64,000 nucleotides of DNA, from NCBI GenBank assembly GCA_965222155.1, contig CBDCTH010000012.1:256001-320000 (forward strand), read 5' to 3'. The DNA is from Gammaproteobacteria bacterium (lineage in GTDB: Bacteria > Pseudomonadota > Gammaproteobacteria > Eutrophobiales > Eutrophobiaceae). The position numbers were made by a program, and so were the translations under genes. Positions 50,301 through 59,468 of this stretch are shown here, piece by piece (within the stretch, counting starts at the first letter, position 1; every line of letters starts with the position of its first letter). Below the pieces are notes generated by a model. That model was given only the letters and a program-made list of their open reading frames with translations, did no database searches and was not told where the DNA came from.

Positions 50301-50850
50301 TATTCCGCCAATTGATATTCGTTGCTACAAAGCTGTTAAAAAACACCTGAATAAATTCTATTGCCAATTGGAAAAACGTCAGGACCAAGGGGTCACGCCA
50401 TATAATCTTCGTAATTGCGCTTATCACGCAGAATTTGAGCGCAACAAAATCGTTTGGGGCAACCTATCTGTTCAGCCAAGGTTCGCTGTAGATAATGATT
50501 CTAGTCTTATATCAGCACCGACCAATCTTCTTACCGGGACAAACCACATCAAATATATCGCAGGCGTGCTCAACAGCCAGTTCTGTTATTGGGGTATGAG
50601 ACAGTTAGCGTATAGTAGGGAACAAGGGTACATGGAATACAAAAAAACCTTTGTAGAACAACTACCTGTCCCTAGAGAAACATGCCAAAATTACCCACTG
50701 ATAACTCAAATAGGAAATCTGGTGGATCAAATCCTGATCGCCAAAAAGAAAAATTCTGGCACCGCCAAACTTGAAAATCAGATAGACGCACTTGTTTATC
50801 AGCTTTACGAGCTAACAGCGGATGAAATTAACGCCATATCAAATATTTAA
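47365..50850 (+). CDS. Type IIG-like restriction-modification enzyme (Eco57I/TaqI-like N6-adenine MTase with C-terminal TRD)
   Basis: FLNGGLF, GSYYTP, ILDPAVGSGAF, IGNPPY, GIKTG, ILRGRDI, C-terminal specificity domain. Confidence 0.92.
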   Translation: MMATADALRNLFEQVYQRDEWLKILAETLSIDRFLRPISIKGDTESFYQLGKVTLTDNKELGIYEIKTKPRTQLHRNRVQMRHLVAKHCRQFALDGALAVYYDDLDQWRFSFISMEYQLNKQGELNRKESTSKRFTYLLGKDTKVRTAVTRFSHLDKSATLDNLKTTFAVEQLNKEFYEKLFRWYENAKTQVVFPNDEHVDKGKHHSISLIRLLTRLLFVWFIKEKKLVNPDFFELDKARKIIIWDKDSSYYKAILQNLFFATLNREITDRSFRTTRNGKPSGDNYLVTNIYRYQNLFLQKNEDEILKLFEQTPFLNGGLFECLDRESTNEEKAAYDKNKNIRIGKSAIRIDGFSDRDDNPLYVPNELFFNDDEDSPGLIQLLTQYQFTVEESTPLDADVALDPELMGLIFENLLASYNPETQQTARKASGSYYTPRAIVSYMVDESLKAYLAQTVSPRDGDVEFYHERLNDLFDTLSQTGELNSENGEHLLYDEEIPRLLEAVERIKILDPAVGSGAFPMGILQRLVQILGLIDPENEQWKQRQVDIVSQMDDSESRTQVLQDIEEIFSEKNRFNDFGRKLYLIENAIHGVDIQSIACQIAKLRFFISLVIEQKPNDNLDDNYGIRPLPNLETRFIAADSLLSLDEPKQRSIRNLEIDSKEQELRRVRQNHFNAKTLRTKRTYRCKDRKLRLMIAELLVNDGWNDTNAKKIADWDPYDQNAAATDWFHAEYMFGVTDGFNVVIGNPPYIQLQNNEGALGRLYQSAGFAAFARAGDIYCLFYEKGIELLKENGHLCYITSNKWMRAKYGEKLREFFVEKTNPMKLLDFGGFKVFENATVDTNILLIQKTKPMVQLLATSFKNDFHKGESIGNYAERNAVSVNVTRDTWFIGSRAEVALKEKIECIGTPLKDWDIAINYGIKTGFNDAFIIDNATKKALIKEDPKSAELIKPILRGRDIQRYRANWAGKWLIDVHNGYGDIPPIDIRCYKAVKKHLNKFYCQLEKRQDQGVTPYNLRNCAYHAEFERNKIVWGNLSVQPRFAVDNDSSLISAPTNLLTGTNHIKYIAGVLNSQFCYWGMRQLAYSREQGYMEYKKTFVEQLPVPRETCQNYPLITQIGNLVDQILIAKKKNSGTAKLENQIDALVYQLYELTADEINAISNI

Positions 50851-51231
50851 CCTGATTCAACAGCGTTGATTTCCGCATCCGTCAGATTGTAGATGGTATA
50901 CACTAGACGATCGATTTCGGCTTCCAGTGCAGTGGTGTTCTTTCCCTTTACTTTTCCAGCAATTACCTTGTCCACTAGATCAATAAAAGGTTGTTGCTCG
51001 ATAGTATTAATTTTAGGGACAGGAAATCGTTCAACAAAAATTTTCTGTAGTAAATATCCACTGTCGTCCCATGAGTAAACATATAGTGGTATAAAAAATG
51101 TAGCGAGTTTTGAATTGAGAAGTGCAATAAGATAGTGCAAATTATTTCCTACCAAAATAAATGCAGTCTTATCAGTTATTGACCCTCTATTTAAATCTAT
51201 AGAAAACCGTGGAAATCCATTCTTGGAATGC
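50847..51231 (-). pseudogene. Inverted second target-recognition (TRD) cassette homologous to the RM C-terminus, truncated by the IS
   Basis: Frame stays open up to the IS end: FPRFSIDLN...LHYLIALLNSK...KIFVERFPVP...EIDRLVYTIYNLTDAEINAV, aligning by eye with QPRFAVDND...KYIAGVLNSQ...KTFVEQLPVP...QIDALVYQLYELTADEINAI. Confidence 0.85.
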
Positions 51232-52531
51232 TTAGGGGTTTGATCGAATTTAAGTTTCCAACTTTATCGAGGGTGCAATTCATAGTTCCACTCGCCGTGG
51301 AACTCATTGCGATGTAGTGACAACCCCTCCATCTCCGCGTTCGTCGCCGTCACGCCTTTCGGGTATTTTCCCGTGTCGAGTTCGGCTCTGACCCGAAGCC
51401 CTGCGTCGGTGCGTGTATTGCCAATCAAGTCGACAATGGTTTCAAAGGTCCGCAGCGGCTTGCCGCGCCAATTCTGCGTGATGTGACAGAACAGCCGATG
51501 CTCAATCCTGTTCCACTTGCTGGTGCCAGGCGGGAAATGGCTGACGTGGATGCGCACCCCCGTCTCGTCGGCAAACTGCTGCAGCCCGTGCTTCCACGCA
51601 CGGGCGCGATACCCGTTGCTGCCACCCGCATCGGCGGTGATGAACAGGGCACTCGCCTCGGGGTAACGGCGCTGGCCCATCGCCGCCCACCAGCGCCGCA
51701 GCGAGGCCACCGCGAAGGCCGGCGTATCGTGGTCACACCCGACACTGACCCAGGCTTCGTTGCCGCCCATGTCATAAATGCCGTAGGGTATCGCCTTGCC
51801 GGCCGCGTCCTGCGGGAAGTCATGCACCAGCGCTTGCTCGGGCTGCCCCTGCGGCTGCCACTCCCGGCCCGCATTCTTGAAATCCCCCACCAATTCCTTC
51901 TTCTTGGTATCGACCGACACCACCGGCTGGCCGCGCCGCAGAAAGTCCCCCGCCTGCGCGTTGATATGCTCGAACTGTGCGTTGCGGTCCGGGTGTGAGG
52001 TCCCTTCCCGGCTCTTGCGCACCGATTGCAGCCGATAGCCCAGCTCGTGCAACAACCGCCCCACCGACGTCGAACTCACCGTCCAGCCCGCCTGCGACAG
52101 CGCCGCGGCAAGCTTCGCCCGACTCTTGCACGTCCACCGCAACGGCGACTGCGGGTCGCCGCGCGTCACCGGGTCGACCAGCTGCTCCAGCGCACGCTTG
52201 ATACCCGGCTGCGACTGCTCAATGCCCGGCCGTCCCGCCCCCGGACGGCGAACCCGACCGCGCGCGGCGCCACCCGCTGCCAGCTCCCGGCGCCCCTTGC
52301 GCACCGTCGGACGCGACAGGCCGGTCGCATCCGACACCAGCGCATCGCCCCCATACCCGATGGCACGCGACTCCGTGGCCGCCCAGATACGACGCCCGCG
52401 CTCATCGAGATGCGCCTCGACCGCCGCGTACTTCTCCACGATTGTTGCTTCAAGTTCAAGATTGCGTCTCATCGGGAGATTGAAACACAAAAACCTGAAG
52501 ATGGCAATTTAATTTAGGACAGTATCCTAAG
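51231..52531 (-). mobile_element. ISAzo13-family insertion sequence
   Basis: Imperfect terminal inverted repeats cttaggggtttgatcgaatttaagtttcca / tggcaatttaatttaggacagtatcctaag; GC-rich relative to its flanks. Confidence 0.88.
51264..52472 (-). CDS. ISAzo13-family transposase
   Basis: TRGDPQSPLRWT, SVDTKKKELVG, TADAGGSNG, PPGTSKWNRIEHRLF, FHGEWNY. Confidence 0.95.
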   Translation of the reverse strand: MRRNLELEATIVEKYAAVEAHLDERGRRIWAATESRAIGYGGDALVSDATGLSRPTVRKGRRELAAGGAARGRVRRPGAGRPGIEQSQPGIKRALEQLVDPVTRGDPQSPLRWTCKSRAKLAAALSQAGWTVSSTSVGRLLHELGYRLQSVRKSREGTSHPDRNAQFEHINAQAGDFLRRGQPVVSVDTKKKELVGDFKNAGREWQPQGQPEQALVHDFPQDAAGKAIPYGIYDMGGNEAWVSVGCDHDTPAFAVASLRRWWAAMGQRRYPEASALFITADAGGSNGYRARAWKHGLQQFADETGVRIHVSHFPPGTSKWNRIEHRLFCHITQNWRGKPLRTFETIVDLIGNTRTDAGLRVRAELDTGKYPKGVTATNAEMEGLSLHRNEFHGEWNYELHPR

Positions 52532-54019
52532 AACAATCCCAATTGTATCGACTCAACGGGTTTTAACCACCAGTACCAGGATTGGGAAGATGTATATGGT
52601 AACCTGGAATTCAAGGAGAATGTTGACCTGTGGGGGACTTCATTCAGGGCGGAATGGGACCTGGATGCATTCACGCTGGTATCGGTCACCGCTTACGAGG
52701 AGTTTGAAGTGGAATTCTCTGAGGATTCGGATTCCAGTCCCAATACCGGCTTTCAGTTCTACCAGGATGCTGAATATGAGCAATGGTCCCAGGAATTGCG
52801 ACTGCAATCCGCCTCAGACCAGGCCTTGCGCTGGATAGCCGGATTTTACTGGTTTTTCGAGGAGGGGAAATACGCAACCGCAGTGCGCAGGACTCCGGCG
52901 GAGTTTGCGCCCGCAGGCCCGAGGAACTTCAATATCGTCCCGAATACCCGGGTTACCCAGGACAACGAAGTCTATTCCGTATACGGCCAGGTTGAATACG
53001 ACATGCAGTCCAACCTGACGGCCACTGCCGGCCTGAGATGGACCAAGGAATCCAAAAAAGGGTTAAACCAGCCTTCAGTACGCTGTGTTGGTAGCGTCGG
53101 CGGACCGCCGTTCTGCCCTGCCGCGGGCGCCAGTTTCTTCTTCGGCCTTGACGAGGTGCCCAATTTGCCGGGCTTGTTCGTGCCACCGCCCGAGGTTCTT
53201 GATTATGATTCGACGGATTGGGGAGCCAGGTTTGCGCTTGACTGGCAGGCCACCGATGACATGTTGTTATACGGTAGCATATCGCGCGGCTTCAAGGGTG
53301 GCGGATTCAGTCTGGCTGCCTTGGCGGCATTGACCGGCGGCGCCGCTCAAAGTGTGCAACCGGAAATCTTATGGGCCTATGAAATAGGCGCCAAGACATC
53401 ATGGCTGGATAATACATTGCAGTTGAACGCCGCGTTTTTCTATTATGACTGGTCAGACCTGCAATCATTTGAGGTATTTGTTGAGCCGACAGAAGCGTGC
53501 CTTTTCGCCTGCTTGATCAATATACCTGAGGCCAGCTTGAAGGGCGGGGAAGTGGAACTGCAATGGGCGCCGGCCGGGGGCTGGCTGTTGCTGGCAGGCG
53601 TCGGGTTGAGTGATGGTAAAATTGATGATGCGGGGAACATACCTGGCACCAGAAAAGGTAATGAGCTGACGAATACACCCGACCTTACATTCAATGGGCT
53701 GGTTCGAAAAGAATTTACCATGTCGGGCGGCACACTCGCCTTACAAACAAGCTGGTGGTATAAGGACGAGGTCTATTATGGCCTTGCCAATGTGCCAAAC
53801 CTGAGTCAACCGGAAGGTATCTGGAATCTCGATGCACGCGCCTCATTCCGGTTTGGTCCCGGTGAGCGTTATGAGGTGGCTGCCTGGGGTAAGAACCTGA
53901 ACGGTGAGGAATACTGCCGGGGGATGACGAGTCTCCAGGGCCTGGTCGAATCCAACCTGTGCCTACCCAGCTTATCTGAACCTACTTACGGAATCACAGC
54001 TGCAATAAGGTTTGAATAA
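52532..54019 (+). pseudogene. 5'-truncated TonB-dependent receptor
   Basis: Frame is open from the IS end (NNPNCIDS...), with QWSQELRL, SRGFKGGGF, AYEIGAK and terminal IRFE; signal peptide and plug domain are absent. Confidence 0.88.
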
Positions 54020-54094
54020 GGTACGGGAAATTCAACCTCTGGGCGTAACGCGCTGACGCCGCATGGCAAAATACGTATTACGCCCCTGTGCTAT

Positions 54095-54307
54095 ATGTCA
54101 GCTAACAGATCAAGGCCGCGTAAGCCGTTAAAATTTTTACAACCGTATATTGATGCCAGGGAAGCGATGGAACCCTTTTATGAGGATGAACGGGGCTGGG
54201 AGGAGGAGACCCTGTTTTCCCTGGATCAATTCGTCGTGGAATGGCGTAAACTGGTAGTCAATAATGCCCGCGGCATACAATCACCCCCCAAACAGACAAA
54301 AGGTTAG
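54095..54307 (+). CDS. Small hypothetical protein
   Basis: 70-aa ORF ending 3 bp before the hydrolase start; no recognisable motif. Confidence 0.35.
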   Translation: MSANRSRPRKPLKFLQPYIDAREAMEPFYEDERGWEEETLFSLDQFVVEWRKLVVNNARGIQSPPKQTKG

Positions 54308-54310
54308 CCA

Positions 54311-55144
54311 ATGCAAGCACGAGACATACCGGGCGCGGAAAGCAGACACATCGACGTTAACGGTATCAATACACATTACTACGAGGCGGGCGTCGGTGAG
54401 GCGTTAATCCTGTTGCACGGCGGCGGCGCCGGCGCCGATAGTTTCGGTAACTGGCGCGGTTGTCTGGCCCGCTTTGCCGAGCATTACCACGTTTATGCCG
54501 TTGATATGGTCGGTTTCGGTTGTACTGATAAGCCGGACCCGCGTGACTATTCCTATACCCAGCAGGCGCGCAACGAACATATTATTGCCGTCATTGAGAC
54601 GCTGGGATTGGATTCAGTGAATTTAATCGGCAATTCCATGGGGGGCTCCACCTCCATGGGGGTTGCAATAGAACGGCCGGACCTGGTGAATAAACTGGTA
54701 TTAATGGGTAGCGCCGGGGTGCGCGCGCCGATTACCGACGAGTTGAAATCCATCATGAACTATGACCACACCACGGCCGGGATGATCAGGATCGTACGCG
54801 GGTTGACCAATCCGGATTTCCGTTTTGATGAGGAACTCGTCAATTATCGCCATGGCCTGTCGATCCAGGATGATACGAAACGGGCCTATAACGCGGTAAT
54901 GGGCTGGATACGGCAACAGGGCGGCCTGTATTATGAAGAGGACTATATCGCCCGTGTCACACAGGAGACACTGGTCGTGAACGGCAAGCTGGACAAGGTT
55001 GTGCCCTTGAGCAGCGCTTACAGATTGCTGGAACTGATTGAAAACTCCTGGGGTTATATCATCCCCGGGTGCGGCCACTGGGCCATGATCGAAAAACCGG
55101 TCGAGTTCACTGCCACAACACTTTCATTTTTGAATAATACTTGA
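54311..55144 (+). CDS. Alpha/beta hydrolase (meta-cleavage-product hydrolase-like)
   Basis: LLHGGGAG, GNSMGG nucleophile elbow, D.VVP, CGHWAMIE. Confidence 0.9.
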   Translation: MQARDIPGAESRHIDVNGINTHYYEAGVGEALILLHGGGAGADSFGNWRGCLARFAEHYHVYAVDMVGFGCTDKPDPRDYSYTQQARNEHIIAVIETLGLDSVNLIGNSMGGSTSMGVAIERPDLVNKLVLMGSAGVRAPITDELKSIMNYDHTTAGMIRIVRGLTNPDFRFDEELVNYRHGLSIQDDTKRAYNAVMGWIRQQGGLYYEEDYIARVTQETLVVNGKLDKVVPLSSAYRLLELIENSWGYIIPGCGHWAMIEKPVEFTATTLSFLNNT

Positions 55145-55233
55145 TACGCAGGGAATTCTGGGGACACCCCACCTCCGGGGTCAGGCCAACATAATCCCAG
55201 TTGTACCTGCTACAGGGAAAGAGTCGTGTGTAG

Positions 55234-55434
55234 TTACTTTACCGCCTCGATCAAGTCGATATCTTTTCTAAGTATCTCATTAATCAACTCATTCACCTCA
55301 ATACCTTTTGATGCGGCCCGCTCGTTAAGATAGGTGAGTACGTCATCATCCAGGTAGACAGGCAGGTTAAATTTAGCCCCGGGCCGATAAAACTTCCCGC
55401 GCTCGCCATCGGTAAAATCGTATTCGTCTTCCAT
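55234..55434 (-). CDS. BrnA/CopG-like antitoxin
   Basis: MEDEYDFTDGERGKFYRP...PVYLDDDV...LINEILRKDI. Confidence 0.75.
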   Translation of the reverse strand: MEDEYDFTDGERGKFYRPGAKFNLPVYLDDDVLTYLNERAASKGIEVNELINEILRKDIDLIEAVK

Positions 55435-55822
55435 TCTCCTCAGTATCACCATGCTCATAATCTATAATCGATACTGCCAGCGGATATAGCCCGCATTTCT
55501 CACCAGTTCGCCTGTTGTCATCGGATAGTTGTTTGCTGTCAATACGTTATGACAATCTGCTCACTATATCAACATAACAGACTGCGCTTGATACGCCCTC
55601 GCTTGTCTTTTTGCCGTCAGCGGGCACGTGCTCCCTCAACCGTAGCTACGGCTATGCTTTCGGTCGCAGGCACCCGCTGGCGGCAAAAATCCGGCGCGAT
55701 CATCGCATCAACTGGTGAAAAATGCGGGCTAGAAACACAGATGTTGCCCGCGTAAAACCGATCCTGTGTTTTCGGAAATTTGTTCTGGCCTTATTGATGT
55801 CCCATTCAAAATTGTATTCCAT
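55435..55822 (-). pseudogene. BrnT toxin interrupted by a MITE and truncated at its 3' end
   Basis: MEYNFEWDINKARTNFRKHRIGFTRATSVFL, then the MITE, then .PLAVSIIDYEHGDTEE. Confidence 0.82.
55490..55728. mobile_element. 239-bp MITE with 19-bp terminal inverted repeats
   Basis: cccgcatttctcaccagtt ... aactggtgaaaaatgcggg (18/19 match), flanked by ATAG/CTAG; long internal hairpin at 55608-55689. Confidence 0.85.
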
Positions 55823-56088
55823 CCCTTGAGAGCCCCTTTAACGGTTATCATCATCTGCCTGAGTATTACACGGTATATTAGCACAGAGTGGAAAATGGTG
55901 AATGGGATGATGCACTTTACCCGCCCTGACCCTATTCAGGTCAATGCAGGTAAGACATTGAAAGAAGCGTATATCCGCGCGATGGCCGTGGCATGATACT
56001 TCCCCTTAAAGTCCTGTTTTGACGTACGAAAAGCGCAGTCTAAGCGTAGGGCAGCACATTTTTTGAGATAAATTCTCTGTATTATCAG

Positions 56089-56164
56089 TAGCTTTTTCAA
56101 ATTGGACTGGTCTGACCCTATACTGCTAGCTTTTTCAAATTGGACTGGTCTGACCCTATACTGC
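56089..56164. repeat. Perfect 38-bp tandem duplication
   Basis: tagctttttcaaattggactggtctgaccctatactgc repeated twice. Confidence 0.95.
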
Positions 56165-56267
56165 TAGGGAGGATGCCCTCGATCCCGGGAGTTAGCGGGA
56201 ACTGCCGGCGCTGCAACAGCGTCTTTCATTTCATAAAAACTTTGTGTTAAAATCCTCGTCCAATAGA

Positions 56268-56337
56268 GGTCTGAGGAGCGTTGCGATGGGTGTTGCCCAC
56301 CAGGCTCAGGCCGGTCTTGAGATATAACGGCGCTCGC
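56268..56337 (+). ncRNA. SAH riboswitch
   Basis: ctGAGGAGCGTTGCGAtggg...cccaCCAGGCTCag...AACGGCGCTCg directly upstream of ahcY matches the SAH aptamer consensus, including the GAGCG/CGCTC pseudoknot pairing. Confidence 0.9.
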
Positions 56338-56357
56338 TTGACTTTGAGGAGAAAAAG

Positions 56358-57773
56358 ATGAGCGTAGCAGTCCAGGCCGTATTTTCCGATTTTTACGTTG
56401 CCGACCTGTCCCTGGCCGAATGGGGCCACAAGGAGATCCGTATTGCCGAAACCGAAATGCCGGGCCTGGTTTCGGTGCGTAATGAGTTTTCAGAAGAGCA
56501 ACCCCTGGGGGGCGCCCGTATCGCCGGTTCCCTGCACATGACCATACAGACGGCCGTATTGATCGAAACACTGGTTGCCCTGAGCGCGGAAGTCCGTTGG
56601 GCATCCTGCAATATCTTTTCCACCCAGGACCACGCCGCCGCGGCCATTGCCGACCAGGGTATCCCCGTGTTCGCCCATAAGGGAGAAACCCTGGAGGAGT
56701 ATTGGGAATATACCCATAAAATCATGGAATGGCCCGATGGCGGGACGCCGAACATGATACTGGATGATGGCGGGGATGCCACCCTGCTGGTGATCCTGGG
56801 AGCCAGGGCTGAACAGGACCCGTCAGTAATAGATAACCCCACCAGTGAAGAGGAGCAATACCTGTTTGCCGCCATCAAAAAACGGCTGGCTTCAAACCGG
56901 GGCTGGTATACCCGGATTCGGGACAATATTATCGGCGTGACGGAGGAGACTACCACAGGCGTGAACCGTCTCTACCAGATGCAGCAGAACGGTGCCTTGC
57001 CGTTCTCGGCCATCAACGTGAATGATTCCGTAACCAAGTCCAAATTCGACAACCTGTACGGTTGCCGTGAATCCCTGGTTGACGGGATTAAACGCGCCAC
57101 TGATGTCATGATCGCCGGAAAGACCGCAGTGGTCCTCGGTTATGGTGACGTGGGCAAGGGTTGTGCGCAATCCCTGCGCGGGCTGGGCGCAACGGTCTGC
57201 ATCACGGAGGTGGACCCGATATGCGCCCTGCAGGCGGCCATGGAAGGTTACCGGGTGGTGAAGATGGACAATATTTGCAGTGAAGCGGATATATTTGTTA
57301 CCGCCACCGGCAATTATCACGTGATCACCCGCGAGCACCTGCTGGCCATGAAAGACCAGGCCATAGTCTGCAATATCGGCCATTTCGACAATGAGATCGA
57401 CGTGGCGGCGTTAGAGGATTACCAGTGGGAGGAAATCAAACCCCAGGTGGACCATGTCATCTTCCCGGACGGCAAGCGCATCATCCTGTTGGCCAGGGGA
57501 CGCCTGGTGAACCTGGGTTGCGCCACCGGCCATCCCAGTTTTGTCATGTCCAACTCGTTTACCAACCAGGTGCTGGCGCAGATAGAACTGTATCGCCACC
57601 GGGACAACTACCAGGCAGACGTGTATGTGCTGCCCAAACACCTGGATGAAAAAGTAGCCCGGCTGCATCTTGAACGTATCGGAGCGCAGCTTACGTCGCT
57701 GACCGAACAGCAGGCCGCTTACCTGGGAGTCCCCGCGCAAGGCCCCTACAAGCCGGAACACTATCGTTATTGA
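56358..57773 (+). CDS. ahcY: Adenosylhomocysteinase
   Basis: [50 protein letters not shown]. Confidence 0.98.
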   Translation: MSVAVQAVFSDFYVADLSLAEWGHKEIRIAETEMPGLVSVRNEFSEEQPLGGARIAGSLHMTIQTAVLIETLVALSAEVRWASCNIFSTQDHAAAAIADQGIPVFAHKGETLEEYWEYTHKIMEWPDGGTPNMILDDGGDATLLVILGARAEQDPSVIDNPTSEEEQYLFAAIKKRLASNRGWYTRIRDNIIGVTEETTTGVNRLYQMQQNGALPFSAINVNDSVTKSKFDNLYGCRESLVDGIKRATDVMIAGKTAVVLGYGDVGKGCAQSLRGLGATVCITEVDPICALQAAMEGYRVVKMDNICSEADIFVTATGNYHVITREHLLAMKDQAIVCNIGHFDNEIDVAALEDYQWEEIKPQVDHVIFPDGKRIILLARGRLVNLGCATGHPSFVMSNSFTNQVLAQIELYRHRDNYQADVYVLPKHLDEKVARLHLERIGAQLTSLTEQQAAYLGVPAQGPYKPEHYRY

Positions 57774-57786
57774 AACCGTGTTATCC

Positions 57787-57911
57787 ATTGTTCCGGCGCG
57801 TGTCGGAATGTGCCGCCAGGACAGGGGACAGATTTCAAATCTGTCCCCGCCAGCCCCTGGCCGTCATTCCACCTCCTGTTCGCCATTCCGGCGCAAGCCG
57901 GAATCCAGTGA
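57787..57911. repeat. REP cluster between ahcY and metF (families A and B)
   Basis: ggggacagatttcaaatctgtcccc (57824-57848); cattccggcgcaagccggaatccagtg. Confidence 0.82.
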
Positions 57912-57938
57912 ACCTGCAAGCTTGAATATTATTAACCC

Positions 57939-58793
57939 GTGTTGAACCGATTATCGCGCAACTCTCTTAAACTCAGCTTCGAGTTTTTTCCTCCCAGGAC
58001 AGCCGCAGCAGAGCAAAGCCTGCACACGACTATTGCCCGGCTGAAACTGCTGCGTCCGGATTATTTCTCGGTCACCTTCGGCGCTGGCGGCAGTACCCGG
58101 GAGAAAACCTTTGAGACGGCCTCGTATATCAATGAGACAACCGGGATAGAGGCGGCGCCGCATGTTTCCTGTATCGGCTCTTCCAGGGAGGAACTCAGGG
58201 CGGTAATACACAATTATAAAAATCACGGTTTTGATCACCTGGTAGCCTTGCGCGGCGACCTGCCATCCGGCCTCGCTGGCGTGGGTTCCCTGCACTTTGC
58301 AAGCAAACTGGTCGAGTTAATCCGCAGCGAGACAGGTCGGCATTTCCATATTGATGTGGCATGCTATCCGGAATTCCACCCCCAGGCGCAAAGCGCCGGC
58401 AAGGACCTGGAAAATTTCAAGAGGAAAGTGGATGCCGGCGCCGACAGCGCCATTACCCAGTATTTTTACAATGCCGAGGCCTATTTCCGCTTCATGGAAA
58501 GCTGCGCCGGGATAGGGATTGATATCCCCGTCGTCCCCGGCATCATGCCCATCACCAATCGTAACCAGCTGGTCAGGTTCTCCAGCATGTGCGGCGCCGA
58601 AATACCGCGCTGGATATTGAAACGCCTGCAGGACTTCGGGGACGATCTTGACGCCATCCGCAGCTTCGGTATTGACGCCACTATCAGGTTGTGTGCTCAA
58701 CTGCTGGACGCAGGCGCTCCCGGCCTGCATATCTATACGATGAACAAAGCCGAGGCGTCCGAAGCGATCTGGGCCGCACTTGACCTGGCATAA
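57939..58793 (+). CDS. metF: 5,10-methylenetetrahydrofolate reductase
   Basis: SFEFFPP, SVTFGAGGST, ALRGD, YPEFHPQ, ITQYF, PGIMPI. Confidence 0.96.
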   Translation: MLNRLSRNSLKLSFEFFPPRTAAAEQSLHTTIARLKLLRPDYFSVTFGAGGSTREKTFETASYINETTGIEAAPHVSCIGSSREELRAVIHNYKNHGFDHLVALRGDLPSGLAGVGSLHFASKLVELIRSETGRHFHIDVACYPEFHPQAQSAGKDLENFKRKVDAGADSAITQYFYNAEAYFRFMESCAGIGIDIPVVPGIMPITNRNQLVRFSSMCGAEIPRWILKRLQDFGDDLDAIRSFGIDATIRLCAQLLDAGAPGLHIYTMNKAEASEAIWAALDLA

Positions 58794-58804
58794 CTCGTGT
58801 CCCG

Positions 58805-59329
58805 ATGACCCGGAAACAAAAACAGGTATCCGTGTTATTCGTCTGCATGGGAAATATCTGCCGATCCCCCGCGGCAGAAGGCGTGTTCCGCCATTACGTC
58901 GAACAGCAGGGCGCTGCTGAAAACCTTTACATCGACTCCGCCGGCACCATTGATTACCACAGCGGCAAACCCGCCGATCCCCGCATGCGCGAAGCTGCGG
59001 CAGACCGTGGCTACACACTGACTTCCATCTCGCGCCAGGTCACTCCGGAGGACCCGGAGGATTTCGACCTCATCGTGGCCATGGACCGCGACAACCTGTG
59101 GGAACTGAAGCATCTCGCCGGAGGCCCCCGGCCCAATCTGCGACTGCTTGGATCATTTCTCCCTGAACACCAGGGCGACCCCGAGCAGGCGCCCCAGGTG
59201 CCAGACCCATATTATGGCGGCCCGCAGGGTTTTGAGGTGGTGCTCGATATGATAGAACGCGCCTGTCCAGGCATCTTTTCCACCTGCCGGGAGCTACCAG
59301 AGAAAAACCTGCCCGAAGCAGAATCTTGA
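58805..59329 (+). CDS. Low molecular weight phosphotyrosine protein phosphatase
   Basis: VCMGNICRSP, DSAGT, DPYYG. Confidence 0.95.
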   Translation: MTRKQKQVSVLFVCMGNICRSPAAEGVFRHYVEQQGAAENLYIDSAGTIDYHSGKPADPRMREAAADRGYTLTSISRQVTPEDPEDFDLIVAMDRDNLWELKHLAGGPRPNLRLLGSFLPEHQGDPEQAPQVPDPYYGGPQGFEVVLDMIERACPGIFSTCRELPEKNLPEAES

Positions 59330-59375
59330 CTAGAGACAATAAAACAGCTTCGACCTGAAGCAGGATCAGGTTTAG

Positions 59376-59468
59376 CCCGCATATCTCAACTAGCCGGGCA
59401 TGGGAACGGGTTACCCCAAATATCCTCCCATAGCCGATGACCACAAGCGAACTGGTGAGAAATCCGGG
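59376..59468. mobile_element. 93-bp MITE of the same TIR family
   Basis: cccgcatatctcaactag ... aactggtgagaaatccggg with TTAG on both sides. Confidence 0.7.

Noticed and set aside
42710-50850. Complete DISARM or BREX system
   Set aside because: No drmA, drmB (DUF1998), pglZ or brxC homologs are present in the window.
56089-56167. 38-bp repeat as a CRISPR repeat
   Set aside because: It is a direct tandem duplication with no spacer.
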